The translations under genes and the position numbers were made by a program. DNA of 64,000 bases from Alkalihalobacterium alkalicellulosilyticum (GTDB lineage Bacteria; Bacillota; Bacilli; Bacillales; Bacillaceae_F). The notes below the pieces were generated by a model. It was not told where the DNA came from. It ran no database searches and saw only the letters and a list, made by a program, of their open reading frames with translations. Location: contig NZ_KV917381.1 of assembly GCF_002019795.1 (NCBI RefSeq), forward strand, positions 2,324,068 to 2,388,067, given 5' to 3'. Every line of letters starts with the position of its first letter. Position 1 is the first letter of the stretch. Positions 20,882 to 31,282 of this stretch are shown here, one piece after another.

Positions 20882-22298
20882 TGGAAACCACCACCCGCTT
20901 CCTCTTATCTCTAGCAAATACTTTACCTGGATTCATAATTTGATTTGGGTCTAATGCTAGTTTAATAGCTTTCATCACAGCTATGCCCTCTTTTCCGATC
21001 TTCCATTCAAGGTATGGTGCTTTCATTACACCTACTCCATGTTCGCCAGTGATGGTGCCACCAAGTTCTATCGCCTTTTCAAAAATTTCATCAAATGCTA
21101 GTTCAACACGTTGTATCTCTTCTTTATCCCTAGCATCCGTTGGACAGGTCGGATGAAGGTTGCCATCGCCAGCATGCCCAAAAGTGCAAATTCTAAGGTT
21201 ATATTTATTGGCTATATCATTAATCGCTCTAACCATTGTAGCAATTTCAGACCTTGGGACAGTCGCATCCTCTAATACAGTTGTTGGCTTCAATCGAGCC
21301 AAAGCAGAAAGGGCAGACCTCCTCGCTGTAACTAACGCATTTGCTTCTTCTTCAGTCTCAGCCATTTGAACAGAAACGGCTTCTTCTTGTTTACAAATGC
21401 TTTCTATTACTGACATATCATCAAGTACCGAATCAATCTTCCCGTCTTGTTCAATGAGTAATATGGCTTCTACATCTGTCGGAAGGCCAATATTAGAAAA
21501 CTCTTCAACCACTTGAATGGTAGCCTTGTCTAAAAACTCCAAAGTTGCCGGAATAATTTTAGATGATAAAATTTTTGATACCGTTTTGGCTGCTGCTTCT
21601 AAATCTTTGTATAATGCTAACATTGTTCGTTTCGTTTCTGGTTTAGGTACTAATTTCAAAGTCGCCTCCGTAATAATAGCAAGTGTTCCTTCAGAGCCTA
21701 CTAATAAACGGGTTAAATCATACCCCGCAACATCCTTTGCAAGCTTTCCTCCCGTTCGTACAATATCACCATTTGCCATAACTGCTTCTAACGCAAGCAC
21801 ATAATCACGAGTTACTCCATATTTAAGTCCTCGCAATCCTCCAGAATTTTCATTTATATTCCCACCAATGGTTGATATTTTCATAGAGCTAGGGTCAGGT
21901 GGATAAAATAAGCCTTTCTCTTCCACGTACGAAGACATTTCACCAGTAATAACCCCGGGTTGTACCGTTATCGTTACATTTTCTTGGTCGAGTTCGATAA
22001 TCTTGTTCATATTTGAAAATAAAAGGACAAGTCCTCCTTCAGTCGGACATGTTCCCGCTGAAAGATTCGTCCCAGAGCCCCTTGGGACAATAGGGATATG
22101 GTTTTGATTACAAATTTTCACGATGTTCGCCACTTCCTGAGTTGTCCTTGGGGCTATTACGGCATCAGGAAACGATTGATAAAGTGGTGTAGCATCATAC
22201 GAGTATACAAGTCGGTCAACTTTTGAATCTTGATAATTCTCTTTGCCCACAATATCTATCATTTTTAATTTAACTGCGTTAGAAATCATAAGATACAC
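20856..22298 (-). CDS. glcD: glycolate oxidase FAD-linked subunit
   Basis: FAD-binding PCMH domain N-terminus, FAD-oxidase C-terminal domain. Confidence 0.9.
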   Translation of the reverse strand: MYLMISNAVKLKMIDIVGKENYQDSKVDRLVYSYDATPLYQSFPDAVIAPRTTQEVANIVKICNQNHIPIVPRGSGTNLSAGTCPTEGGLVLLFSNMNKIIELDQENVTITVQPGVITGEMSSYVEEKGLFYPPDPSSMKISTIGGNINENSGGLRGLKYGVTRDYVLALEAVMANGDIVRTGGKLAKDVAGYDLTRLLVGSEGTLAIITEATLKLVPKPETKRTMLALYKDLEAAAKTVSKILSSKIIPATLEFLDKATIQVVEEFSNIGLPTDVEAILLIEQDGKIDSVLDDMSVIESICKQEEAVSVQMAETEEEANALVTARRSALSALARLKPTTVLEDATVPRSEIATMVRAINDIANKYNLRICTFGHAGDGNLHPTCPTDARDKEEIQRVELAFDEIFEKAIELGGTITGEHGVGVMKAPYLEWKIGKEGIAVMKAIKLALDPNQIMNPGKVFARDKRKRVVVSNESYSTTV

Positions 22299-22528
22299 CC
22301 CCTTTACGAATATATTGCAGTCTAATCATACCTATTTTGAAAATGGATAATCTATATGCTTTCCTCTAAATAAAAATCCTAAAAACAATAAATTTTTAGT
22401 TAAACATACAATCATAAAAAACGCTTGCCGTTTTTTATGACAAACGATGAGCGAAGCCAACGGTCGTCTTTGTACAAATCAAAAAAGTGAACCAAGGGAA
22501 TGATATCTTCCTTGATTCACTGTCTTGG

Positions 22529-24223
22529 TTATTCTTCTTGTAAGTCTGTCACTGCCCCTTTTGAGGCGGATGAGACGAGTCGAGCATACTTATTTAAGAC
22601 TCCTCTCTCATAACGAAGAGGGGGTTGCTTCCACTCTTTCATCCGAGCTGCCATTTCCTCATCACTTAAATGAACAGTTAATTCTTGGGTTTCACTATCA
22701 ATCGTGATACTATCGCCATTTCTAACAATACCAATCGGGCCACCGACTTGGGCCTCAGGCGCAACGTGGCCAACCACTAATCCATGAGTTCCACCAGAGA
22801 AACGTCCATCCGTTATTAAGCCGACCTTCTCACCTAATCCTTTGCCAACAATAATCCCTGTAATGGAAAGCATCTCTGACATTCCAGGTCCACCTTTAGG
22901 TCCCGCATACCGAATAATGACTATATCTCCTTCTTTAATATCATTATTCAAAACGGCTTGAGTAGCTTCTGGTTCAGAGTCAAATACTTTGGCTGGTCCG
23001 GTTATTTTTTTGATTTTTAAACCAGACATTTTTGCGACAGCACCTTCTGGGGCCAAGTTTCCACGCAAGACAAACAGAGGACCAGATTCTTTTAAAGGAT
23101 TATCCATTGGTCTAATAATGTCTTGACCTTCTTTAAGAGGCGAAACCTCTGCTAAATTTTCAGCAAGCGTTTTCCCAGTTACCGTCAAACAATCTCCGTG
23201 CAAGAGACTTGCTTCAAGTAATTGTTTCATTACTGCTGATACGCCACCTACGTGATGAAGGTCATTCATGACATAACGTCCACTAGGTTTTAAATCAGCG
23301 ATATGAGGAACCTTTTTACGGATACGGTCAAAATCATCCAATGATAAATCAACATCAACGGAATGAGCGATGGCTAATAAGTGCAAAAATGCATTGGTTG
23401 ATCCACCTAACGCCATAACGACTGTAATCGCATTTTCAAAAGCTTTTTTCGTCATAATATCCTTAGGAACAATTCCTTTTCGCATCAATTCAACGACAGC
23501 TTGTCCAGCTTTTTCACAGTCTTTTAGCTTATCTTCTGTTTCGGCAGGGTTTGACGCACTTCCTGGTAGACTCATTCCCATCGCTTCGATAGCCGATGCC
23601 ATTGTATTGGCAGTATACATTCCACCACAAGATCCAGCACCTGGACAAGCATTACACTCAATATGCTTTAGCTCTTCTTTGTCAATTTTACCTGAGTTGT
23701 ATTGTCCAACAGCTTCAAAGACAGAAACAATATCTAAGTCTTTGCCATCCTTTGATTTTCCTGGGGCAATGCTTCCTCCATATGTAAATATAGCTGGGAT
23801 GTTCATTCGTCCAATCGCTATCATACAACCAGGCATATTTTTGTCACAGCCGCCAATCGCTACTAATCCATCTAACCGCTCTGCACCACATACCGTTTCA
23901 ATTGAATCCGCGATGACTTCTCGACTAGGTAAGGAATACCTCATACCTTCATGTCCCATTGAAATCCCGTCTGAAACCGTAATCGTGTTGAAAATAAGAG
24001 GTGCGCCTCCACCCTCTTTTGCTCCTTTTTTTGCATTAATCGCAAGCTTATCAATATGCACATTACACGGTGTTACTTCACTCCATGTACTGGCTATTCC
24101 AATCATAGGTTTTTGAAAGTCACTATCTTCAAACCCTACCGCACGTAACATTGCACGGTTTGGGGCCCGATGTTCACCCTCACTAATGTCGATACTTTTT
24201 ACCCTTAAATCCTTGTCTGTCAT
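22529..24223 (-). CDS. ilvD: dihydroxy-acid dehydratase
   Basis: characteristic IlvD N-terminus and cysteine ligands; 564 aa. Confidence 0.95.
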   Translation of the reverse strand: MTDKDLRVKSIDISEGEHRAPNRAMLRAVGFEDSDFQKPMIGIASTWSEVTPCNVHIDKLAINAKKGAKEGGGAPLIFNTITVSDGISMGHEGMRYSLPSREVIADSIETVCGAERLDGLVAIGGCDKNMPGCMIAIGRMNIPAIFTYGGSIAPGKSKDGKDLDIVSVFEAVGQYNSGKIDKEELKHIECNACPGAGSCGGMYTANTMASAIEAMGMSLPGSASNPAETEDKLKDCEKAGQAVVELMRKGIVPKDIMTKKAFENAITVVMALGGSTNAFLHLLAIAHSVDVDLSLDDFDRIRKKVPHIADLKPSGRYVMNDLHHVGGVSAVMKQLLEASLLHGDCLTVTGKTLAENLAEVSPLKEGQDIIRPMDNPLKESGPLFVLRGNLAPEGAVAKMSGLKIKKITGPAKVFDSEPEATQAVLNNDIKEGDIVIIRYAGPKGGPGMSEMLSITGIIVGKGLGEKVGLITDGRFSGGTHGLVVGHVAPEAQVGGPIGIVRNGDSITIDSETQELTVHLSDEEMAARMKEWKQPPLRYERGVLNKYARLVSSASKGAVTDLQEE

Positions 24224-24411
24224 TAGTCATTTCTCCTTTCACACAATTCCATTTCAATTCTAGTATTTCTATACAGTACTAGAGGATATACAACATTGTT
24301 TAAATTTCCCTGTATTCATTTTTTTAAACGTGAAAACAATAATACTCTACTGTATGGTTTTTTCGGAATGGTAAACACTTCAAATAAGCAGTGCATGTTC
24401 AATAAGGAGGA

Positions 24412-24678
24412 ATGGATAAGATGAATACCAATGAAATAACAATATTTATAAACAAAGCTGAACAAACGATTGATCAGGCTTTAAATGAACTAGCAGAAGT
24501 AAAGATTGTTAGGGAGAATGACCCTTCTGACTTTGCATATGCTCAACACCAACTTCAAGAGTTGCAGGCTGAAGCAGAGGATCTCCTTGAAAAGGTAGAA
24601 TTCCAAGAACGACCTGTGTTAGTAAAAGTAAAACAACGCTTACAAGAAGTTCAAGAAACAATGATTCGCGGAATATAA
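24412..24678 (+). CDS. hypothetical coiled-coil protein
   Basis: 88-aa ORF with good RBS aaggagg. Confidence 0.45.
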   Translation: MDKMNTNEITIFINKAEQTIDQALNELAEVKIVRENDPSDFAYAQHQLQELQAEAEDLLEKVEFQERPVLVKVKQRLQEVQETMIRGI

Positions 24679-24681
24679 CTA

Positions 24682-24828
24682 TCATATGAATTGTTGAATG
24701 GCAATAATCACTACTACTACAAGCAGTACAATAAATGCTAACCGGAACATGGCCTTAGTTACTTTAAGGACCAGTAACCCTACCATAAATAAAATAAATA
24801 AAATCAAACCGATAATTGCATAACTCAT
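24682..24828 (-). CDS. small hydrophobic membrane peptide (about 48 aa), not in ORF track
   Basis: hand translation: MSYAIIGLILFILFMVGLLVLKVTKAMFRLAFIVLLVVVVIIAIQQFI, preceded by GGGGGG RBS; coordinates approximate. Confidence 0.4.
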   Translation of the reverse strand: MSYAIIGLILFILFMVGLLVLKVTKAMFRLAFIVLLVVVVIIAIQQFI

Positions 24829-24930
24829 CAGATTCCCCCCTACAAAACAACTTGTCCAAAAATCATATGCTACTCTATAAGGAATTATGACTATAATAAT
24901 GTGTATAAGGTTAGGTTATTATCGAGGTCG

Positions 24931-24967
24931 CTGAAAAAGTTAGGCTTTTAACTTTTTCAGTGGCTTC
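24931..24967 (+). repeat. dispersed hairpin repeat copy B
   Basis: ctgaaaaagt taggcttttaa actttttcag tggcttc; perfect 10-bp stem. Confidence 0.6.
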
Positions 24968-25029
24968 ATAGTAGCAATCTTTTGTTCTAACCTCAACGAA
25001 AATTTTTAAATTTAACTCCTTCAGAAATT

Positions 25030-25058
25030 TCTCTTCCATTTGAATTCAGTATTTTTCC
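25030..25058 (+). promoter_or_regulatory. sigma-A-type promoter (TTGAAT, 17-bp spacer, TATAAT)
   Basis: near-consensus -35 and consensus -10 hexamers with 17-bp spacing upstream of 25196 CDS. Confidence 0.65.
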
Positions 25059-25072
25059 TCGGTATAATAGAA

Positions 25073-25098
25073 AAACAAAGCTACAATTCAATACAATA
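25073..25098 (+). promoter_or_regulatory. perfect 10-bp inverted repeat operator (acaattcaat N6 attgaattgt)
   Basis: begins about 15 nt downstream of the -10 hexamer, overlapping the expected transcription start. Confidence 0.5.
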
Positions 25099-25195
25099 AT
25101 TGAATTGTCCGTAAATTGACTGCTTATACAAGAAATTTTATGACATCCTATGTTATAGTTATGATATGAACTTGCAAATGAAGGGTGGAGAACCA

Positions 25196-26026
25196 ATGAA
25201 AGAAACAAAAAAATTAAAAAAAGCAGCAAATGATATGCTAAAAGCCACAAGCCGTACATTTTATATTCCAATAACTGGACTTCCTTCCGAATTAAAAGAA
25301 GCAGTTACTTCAGCATATTTATGCATGAGAGCGATAGATGAAATAGAAGACCACCCTGGACTTCCTTCTGATAATAAAATTGACTTACTTACAAAAATCA
25401 GTAATGTTTTAACACAACCAGCTCACGAAGAAAAACTGAATGCGTTATTACAACCATATAGCAATATACTTCCTGAAGTATCGTTGTGCTTAAATGACTG
25501 GATAAAGGTTTGTCCTAAAGCAGTGGAACCGAACGTTCTGCATTATACGTCGATTATGGCTAAAGGAATGGCGGATTGGGTAGATAAAGGATTTGAAGTG
25601 CATAGTGAAGAAGATTTAGACGAATATACATATTATGTGGCTGGTCTTGTTGGAGAGTTACTATCAGAATTATGGGCTTGGTACGATAACGTTGAAACGG
25701 ACCAAGAGCTAGCCATCGCATTTGGACGAGGTCTACAAGCTGTTAATATTATCCGAAATCGCGATGAAGACCTTCAGCGTGGAGGCGTTGATTTCTTCCC
25801 GAACGGCTGGGAGTTTAAGGACATGTTTTCGTATGCAAGACGAAATTTAAACATGGGGAATCGTTATCTTGAATGTATTAACCCTGGTCCTATCTACAAC
25901 TTCTGCAAAATTCCTTTAGCATTAGCGAACGGTACGCTAGAAGCGATTGAAAAAGGAAAAGAGAAACTAAGTCGAACAGACGTCCTAAAAATTGTTGGCA
26001 AAGTAGCCAAAGAACAAATTCTATAA
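25196..26026 (+). CDS. squalene/phytoene synthase family protein (YisP-like)
   Basis: Asp-rich DEIED, YTYYVAGLVGE and GRGLQAVNIIRNRDEDLQRG blocks; RBS aagggtggag before ATG at 25196. Confidence 0.6.
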   Translation: MKETKKLKKAANDMLKATSRTFYIPITGLPSELKEAVTSAYLCMRAIDEIEDHPGLPSDNKIDLLTKISNVLTQPAHEEKLNALLQPYSNILPEVSLCLNDWIKVCPKAVEPNVLHYTSIMAKGMADWVDKGFEVHSEEDLDEYTYYVAGLVGELLSELWAWYDNVETDQELAIAFGRGLQAVNIIRNRDEDLQRGGVDFFPNGWEFKDMFSYARRNLNMGNRYLECINPGPIYNFCKIPLALANGTLEAIEKGKEKLSRTDVLKIVGKVAKEQIL

Positions 26027-26038
26027 TAATACACGCAA

Positions 26039-26074
26039 AGAGGGCATTGAACATGAGATTGTTCAATGCCCTCT
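26039..26074. terminator. bidirectional terminator hairpin
   Basis: agagggcattgaaca...tgttcaatgccctct perfect stem. Confidence 0.7.
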
Positions 26075-26107
26075 AATATTCTAACATTTACAGTCTTACA
26101 TATTCTG

Positions 26108-27784
26108 TTATTTTTTTATATCTACTATCACTAAACAACTATCATCTTCATTAACCCTAGAATCATAGGTTGATAATAGTGATTCTTTATACTCTTCGAT
26201 ATCCTGTTTATGAGATTTCTGGAGGATTTCCCCCAAGTAAGCAATTTGTTGTTTTGGTGTGCCTTGAATTCTTTCAAGAAATCCATCCGTATATAACATT
26301 AACCTCCCCTTTTTCTTAAACCTAATAACATCAGATACAATGAGGGAATTTTCAATAATACCAATTGGGGGGCATGTCGATGGTAGTTGAACTACAGTCT
26401 CATCTTCTTCTTTCCATAGAAGAGTTGGATGACCTGCGTTAACATAGGTAATGGTTTTAGTTTCTATATCAATTAAAAGATAGACTGCCGTAAAATAGTA
26501 AGAATTTTCATTTGTGCTAAACATTTGAAGCATATGTCTAGATAATTCCTTCATGACTAGATACGGGTCTTTTACTCTCGTAATTACCCCCTGTGTAAGG
26601 GATTTAATGGACATACTAACTAAAGAAGAAGAAACTCCATGACCCATGACATCTAAAATAAGGACACCATATTGTTGTTCATCTATCTTGTACCAAGTAT
26701 ATAAGTCACCTGACAACTCTTCAGAAGGTTTATAATAAGATGAAATTGAAATAAAAAGGTCATCAATGGGCAAAGGCAATGTTTTTTCTTGAAGCTCTCT
26801 TGCTAGTGCTAGTTCTTCCAATTTATTGTTTAATAACTTTTCATTCTCAATCCTAGAAAGGATAATTCGTATCGAAAGAAGCACGAGTACTATAAAAATA
26901 CCGATATCAACAAAATCAATAGTGCTCCGTGTTACATTATGAACGATTAGCCAGATAATTAAGAAAACCCCAAGTACTACTGGGTAAAATAACCTTTGAA
27001 CAAGTGGACTTTTTTTAGGGGGGGGTTTTTGTATACGTTGGTCGTAAAATCCTGAGGCACCAACTAATAGCAATCCTAATGAAAAAAGAGGATCAATAAA
27101 ACTACCTGTTTTATAAAAGCCACTAATCAATAACAAAGTATATAACACATGACTAACCGTAAAAACAAATATGCCTAGTAAAAAAATCTTCACTTGTTTA
27201 GTAATGGTAGTATAAAAATTAATTGCTAGTACCATAAATAGAACAGCTATATCAAAGAGCGGATAGACAAAAAAGAAAAAAATCTCTACCCATGAATTTG
27301 CACCAACTAACATTGGTCTAATAATATACTCTAGACTAAAAAACAAAATGATAGTGATGATACTAACGATCCCTAATAAATTATAAATGGTGTCAACTTT
27401 ACTAAAATGTAACTTTAGTTGCAACAGTAAAGCTAATAATAAGAAAACTCCCTTTAAAAGGTAAAAAACATCAGCCCACCCGGGAAACGGTGTATATACT
27501 CCAATAACTAATTCATAAAAATTCCAAAAAGCTTGCCCTAAAAAATATGAAAGGCAGCTCATCAATAGCAATACCCAATATACTAGTTGCAAACCTGTTG
27601 ATTTTATAATGGGATGAACAAGGAAGAGAGCTGCCAATAAAGGTGCTAAAACTTGAAATGTATTGGCTCCAAATAATAACCATTTTTCATTTTCAGCAAA
27701 GGCCACAAGCCATACATAATAACTAGAAATATAGCAAATAATGATAGGTAATGCTTGACTTGGATGTATTCGTAGAGTGCCCAT
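26108..27784 (-). CDS. polytopic membrane protein with C-terminal PP2C/SpoIIE-type Ser/Thr phosphatase domain
   Basis: about 10 predicted TM helices; phosphatase motifs SGDLY, DVMGHG, YTDGF. Confidence 0.75.
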   Translation of the reverse strand: MGTLRIHPSQALPIIICYISSYYVWLVAFAENEKWLLFGANTFQVLAPLLAALFLVHPIIKSTGLQLVYWVLLLMSCLSYFLGQAFWNFYELVIGVYTPFPGWADVFYLLKGVFLLLALLLQLKLHFSKVDTIYNLLGIVSIITIILFFSLEYIIRPMLVGANSWVEIFFFFVYPLFDIAVLFMVLAINFYTTITKQVKIFLLGIFVFTVSHVLYTLLLISGFYKTGSFIDPLFSLGLLLVGASGFYDQRIQKPPPKKSPLVQRLFYPVVLGVFLIIWLIVHNVTRSTIDFVDIGIFIVLVLLSIRIILSRIENEKLLNNKLEELALARELQEKTLPLPIDDLFISISSYYKPSEELSGDLYTWYKIDEQQYGVLILDVMGHGVSSSLVSMSIKSLTQGVITRVKDPYLVMKELSRHMLQMFSTNENSYYFTAVYLLIDIETKTITYVNAGHPTLLWKEEDETVVQLPSTCPPIGIIENSLIVSDVIRFKKKGRLMLYTDGFLERIQGTPKQQIAYLGEILQKSHKQDIEEYKESLLSTYDSRVNEDDSCLVIVDIKK

Positions 27785-27890
27785 TTTCCTTCACCATTTT
27801 CTATTGGTATATAGTACAATCATACCAAAGAACTAGAAAATTAAGTAGTTTTTCTTATGTTAAGAAGCATAGTATATATTTCCACTCCTA

Positions 27891-29216
27891 TTAGCTTTTC
27901 TTCTCAACATAAGATTTTAGAATTACTATTTTTTCTTCGTCAATAGATTGGTCACCATAACGGGCTTGCTCATACAAAGTCACTAGTTCTGCCATTTCTT
28001 CGTCTGTTCTAGTTTTTTGAAGTTCCTGTAACATTTCACGTGCCGTTTGACTAGATTTCACTTCGAACCCCAGTTTCCGTTCAGCAACTAGTAGTTTTCG
28101 GAATAGGTAACGAACTTTATCGACATTTTTTAACTCATGCCACTTTGGTTCCCTTTCAACGATGGTAGCTAACCAATCCTTCATTTTACGTGTATATTCA
28201 CTTCCGACATCTTTTACATTAAAAAGTGATTCTTTTTCATCAATATAGGAGTACTCTTCATCTTCATTTTCCTCTTTTGATGTAAGTTGAGTAAAGAAAC
28301 GATATATCTTCCTCACCAATGCGTTCATAGCTCTGTATAGCTGTTTAATAAAATGATAGAGTACAAAAGCTAAAAATAGCACCGTTACGGTGAACATAAT
28401 GTAGTATAAGATATTTTGGATGAGTTCCATCAACCACGATGTTTCTTTTGCTGGAGGTAAGCCTTCGTCAACCATTTCTTCTAATGATGTGCCGCCACCA
28501 CTTTCAGGCTGTTCAAGTAATCCAGTTAACCAAGAAATAAACTGTCCAACTTTCGTGACAACATACCAGTATGCTGCTCTAATCCATCCTAAATTTGTAA
28601 TAAGGACAAGTATAGAAATAAAGATGATCACAAATATCCGATTTTGCCATTTTAGCACTTTATTAATCGCTACTCTTTGCTGATCTGCTAATGTTGCTCC
28701 TCTGACATGTCTTGAATTGGATATAAAGAAAGCAAGCGATAAAGAAACAAAAATAACCCATGTCACGAACGTTACATATATCGAAAGTGATTCTGTTAGT
28801 CTAAAAATAAAGTAACAGACTAAATTTATCCCGATACCAGCCCATATTTTACTTACTGGTAAGAGATTCCACCATGCCTCATTGGCATATAGTACACCTC
28901 TGTACAAGAAAAATGCAGTAATCACTATCGAAAATATAATCGGAAGTGGTGACGCAAAGAATGCTAAAGTAAGAGCAAGACTGACAAGATAAACAATGAT
29001 GATAAACACCCATCGCTTTTGGTCTCCAAGAACACGCTTCAATAATAACCCTATTAAAAAGGCAATTGGTAAGCTACTAACCCAAAGAAATAATTGTGTT
29101 GGTGGTACAATAAAATGTGAGAGTAACAACAATATTGGGAAAAGGAGAAAGAACTCTGTCAGCCCTTGCAACCATTTAGTTCCAACAAATTTTATTTTAT
29201 CCCACATGATTTTCAC
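27891..29216 (-). CDS. DUF4129-domain membrane protein (TGase-associated family, no TGase core)
   Basis: N-terminal multi-TM region; C-terminal ...LYEQARYGDQ... DUF4129 signature. Confidence 0.6.
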   Translation of the reverse strand: MKIMWDKIKFVGTKWLQGLTEFFLLFPILLLLSHFIVPPTQLFLWVSSLPIAFLIGLLLKRVLGDQKRWVFIIIVYLVSLALTLAFFASPLPIIFSIVITAFFLYRGVLYANEAWWNLLPVSKIWAGIGINLVCYFIFRLTESLSIYVTFVTWVIFVSLSLAFFISNSRHVRGATLADQQRVAINKVLKWQNRIFVIIFISILVLITNLGWIRAAYWYVVTKVGQFISWLTGLLEQPESGGGTSLEEMVDEGLPPAKETSWLMELIQNILYYIMFTVTVLFLAFVLYHFIKQLYRAMNALVRKIYRFFTQLTSKEENEDEEYSYIDEKESLFNVKDVGSEYTRKMKDWLATIVEREPKWHELKNVDKVRYLFRKLLVAERKLGFEVKSSQTAREMLQELQKTRTDEEMAELVTLYEQARYGDQSIDEEKIVILKSYVEKKS

Positions 29217-30321
29217 CAGCCTTTAATTCGTCGTCATCTTTGAGATTGACAACCGTTACCGTGTTTCCAAGTTTCTCAAGATCAGCGATATGCTCTTTTG
29301 TTTTGTCACTAACAAAAGCGGCAAGAATGACGATATCACTGTTTGTAAGTTTATTGTCAATATCTTCTTTAAGAAAGTGATTAAAACTCATACTCTTTAC
29401 CATCTTTAGCTTAGCCATACTTTCTAATAAATACGTAAAATGGCCTTTACCTGAACCAGATTCAATGCGAATAGAGGAAGGAACTTTTTCGGCTTTTTCT
29501 CCTGGTTCTAGTAGGTATGAATTACAACCAAACCCAGTATTAATTCCGTTTGAAATGGCATAATGTGCAATCGTCGCTGCATAGGATATGCCCTTTTCAA
29601 TTAAACGGTCATCTGTGATAGGAATCCATAAATCATCAGATAAATCAAAGCTTACATATACTAGCAAGTTTGGGTCAGCCGTAGTATCTTTTTTATTCAC
29701 TTGCAAAGAGCCTACCCTAGCCGTAGCGTTCCAGTTTATCGATTGCAATGGATCACCATAAGAATATTGTCTGACACCTGCGTGAACAAAAGGATCTTCA
29801 ACAATCCATCTTCGAACAAGGATATCGCCCTGCCAAGAGTGAGATGGAAAAGGTATGTCTTCCATATCAATCAGTTGAGGTGTCACTAGTATAGAAGCAT
29901 CAGTAGAAACTGTTTTATATGATTCATCCAAACCAAATAAATCTCCAAGTGTAAAAGAAACGGACTGCAATTGGTATTGACCTCTTCTCGCACAAACGAC
30001 TTTATGTCTTCTCTTTATTTTTTGATATGGTAGCAAACTAAATAAACTCCGATGAAAATGGTCATTAACAACATCAAGGTTATCTTGTTTATGAAACTGC
30101 AAACTAGAATCGATCCGAGATTCTAATCTTAACCATGGCAGAGGTAATGGCTTTTTATTAGCAATTTCTTCAACCATTTCAATTTCATCGCCTTGAGAAA
30201 CGACACTATGGGTAAAGTACCTAGAGTATTGTAGTCGTGATAACCCCCATTTGGCGAAAGCATAGCTTTGGGCTACCACAATAACAAATGAGAGAATAAT
30301 TAACCAATGAATCCCCATCAT
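29197..30321 (-). CDS. DUF58 domain protein (VWA-like)
   Basis: INWNATARVGSLQV block typical of DUF58; directly follows MoxR. Confidence 0.7.
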   Translation of the reverse strand: MMGIHWLIILSFVIVVAQSYAFAKWGLSRLQYSRYFTHSVVSQGDEIEMVEEIANKKPLPLPWLRLESRIDSSLQFHKQDNLDVVNDHFHRSLFSLLPYQKIKRRHKVVCARRGQYQLQSVSFTLGDLFGLDESYKTVSTDASILVTPQLIDMEDIPFPSHSWQGDILVRRWIVEDPFVHAGVRQYSYGDPLQSINWNATARVGSLQVNKKDTTADPNLLVYVSFDLSDDLWIPITDDRLIEKGISYAATIAHYAISNGINTGFGCNSYLLEPGEKAEKVPSSIRIESGSGKGHFTYLLESMAKLKMVKSMSFNHFLKEDIDNKLTNSDIVILAAFVSDKTKEHIADLEKLGNTVTVVNLKDDDELKAGENHVG

Positions 30322-30322
30322 T

Positions 30323-31282
30323 CTACCTTTGTAACTGTTCTTCTGTCGGAACAGTCATTTCGTTTAGGATACTATCAATGATGTGTTCAGCTTGGTTTTC
30401 TTTAAGACGCATCGATTGTGCTAGAACAATTCTATGAGCTAAAACCGGTTTACTCATTTGTTTTACGTCATCAGGAATGACATAGTCTCTACCTTGCAGT
30501 AAAGCATACACTTGGACAGCTTTCAATAATGCTTGACTTCCACGAGGACTCACACCTAACTGGATAGACGAATGACTTCTTGTTTTTTCTACAATATCGA
30601 GTATGTAACCGAGTATGTCATCACTGACGTGAACTTTCGAATATATATTTTGAGCTTGAATAATCATATCGCTTGTCGCAACGGGTTTAATGTCTTCAAT
30701 AGGATTATTTTCTTTAAATCGTTTTAATATTTCAAGTCCTTCAGCTTTCGTTGGGTATCCGAGTTTTACTTTTAATAAAAAACGATCTAACTGAGCTTCA
30801 GGTAACGGAAATGTTCCCTGATTTTCTACAGGATTTTGTGTCGCAATGACCATAAATGGTCGGTCTAGTAATCTCGTTTCTCCATCGATTGTTACTTGTT
30901 TTTCTTCCATACTTTCTAATAGGCTCGATTGGGTTCGCGGTGTCGCTCGATTAATTTCATCAGCTAATACAATATTGGCAAAAATCGGTCCAGCTCTGAA
31001 CTCAAACTCCCCTTTTTTTTGATTATAAAAATTGATTCCGCTTACATCTGTCGGTAGCAAATCTGGAGTAAACTGAATTCGCTTAAATGAGCAATCTAAC
31101 GACTTTGCCATGGACTTTGCTAAAAGTGTCTTTCCCATCCCTGGGACATCTTCCAATAACACGTGTCCAGAAGAAATTAAAGCTACCAAGATCTGATCAA
31201 TTGTATCTTCTTTTCCTATCATGACACGTTGAATATTCTGTTTTACTTTTTCTGCAACATCTTTAATGTGAGACATTTCCAT
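30323..31282 (-). CDS. MoxR-like AAA+ ATPase
   Basis: Walker A GVPGMGKT, Walker B VLLADEINR; RBS aaaggag before MEMSHIK. Confidence 0.9.
   Translation of the reverse strand: MEMSHIKDVAEKVKQNIQRVMIGKEDTIDQILVALISSGHVLLEDVPGMGKTLLAKSMAKSLDCSFKRIQFTPDLLPTDVSGINFYNQKKGEFEFRAGPIFANIVLADEINRATPRTQSSLLESMEEKQVTIDGETRLLDRPFMVIATQNPVENQGTFPLPEAQLDRFLLKVKLGYPTKAEGLEILKRFKENNPIEDIKPVATSDMIIQAQNIYSKVHVSDDILGYILDIVEKTRSHSSIQLGVSPRGSQALLKAVQVYALLQGRDYVIPDDVKQMSKPVLAHRIVLAQSMRLKENQAEHIIDSILNEMTVPTEEQLQR

Noticed and set aside
23370-24116. 248-aa plus-strand ORF inside ilvD
   Set aside because: It lies entirely antisense to a highly conserved ilvD coding region, has a Pro/Ser-rich low-complexity translation and no RBS. 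It is a shadow ORF.
24224-24411. T-box or other leader riboswitch upstream of ilvD
   Set aside because: The leader is only about 190 nt and lacks the T-box AGGGTGGNACCGCG sequence or a specifier/antiterminator arrangement.
24993-25271. 92-aa minus-strand ORF overlapping the sigma-A promoter and the start of the YisP-like gene
   Set aside because: It overlaps a well-formed promoter, operator and RBS on the other strand, and the protein has a hydrophobic low-complexity sequence. It is likely spurious.
27891-29216. Transglutaminase-like catalytic domain in the DUF4129 protein (as in B. subtilis YebA)
   Set aside because: No Cys-His-Asp TGase core motif (GxCxxFA-like) is visible. The protein is about 300 aa shorter than YebA-type proteins.
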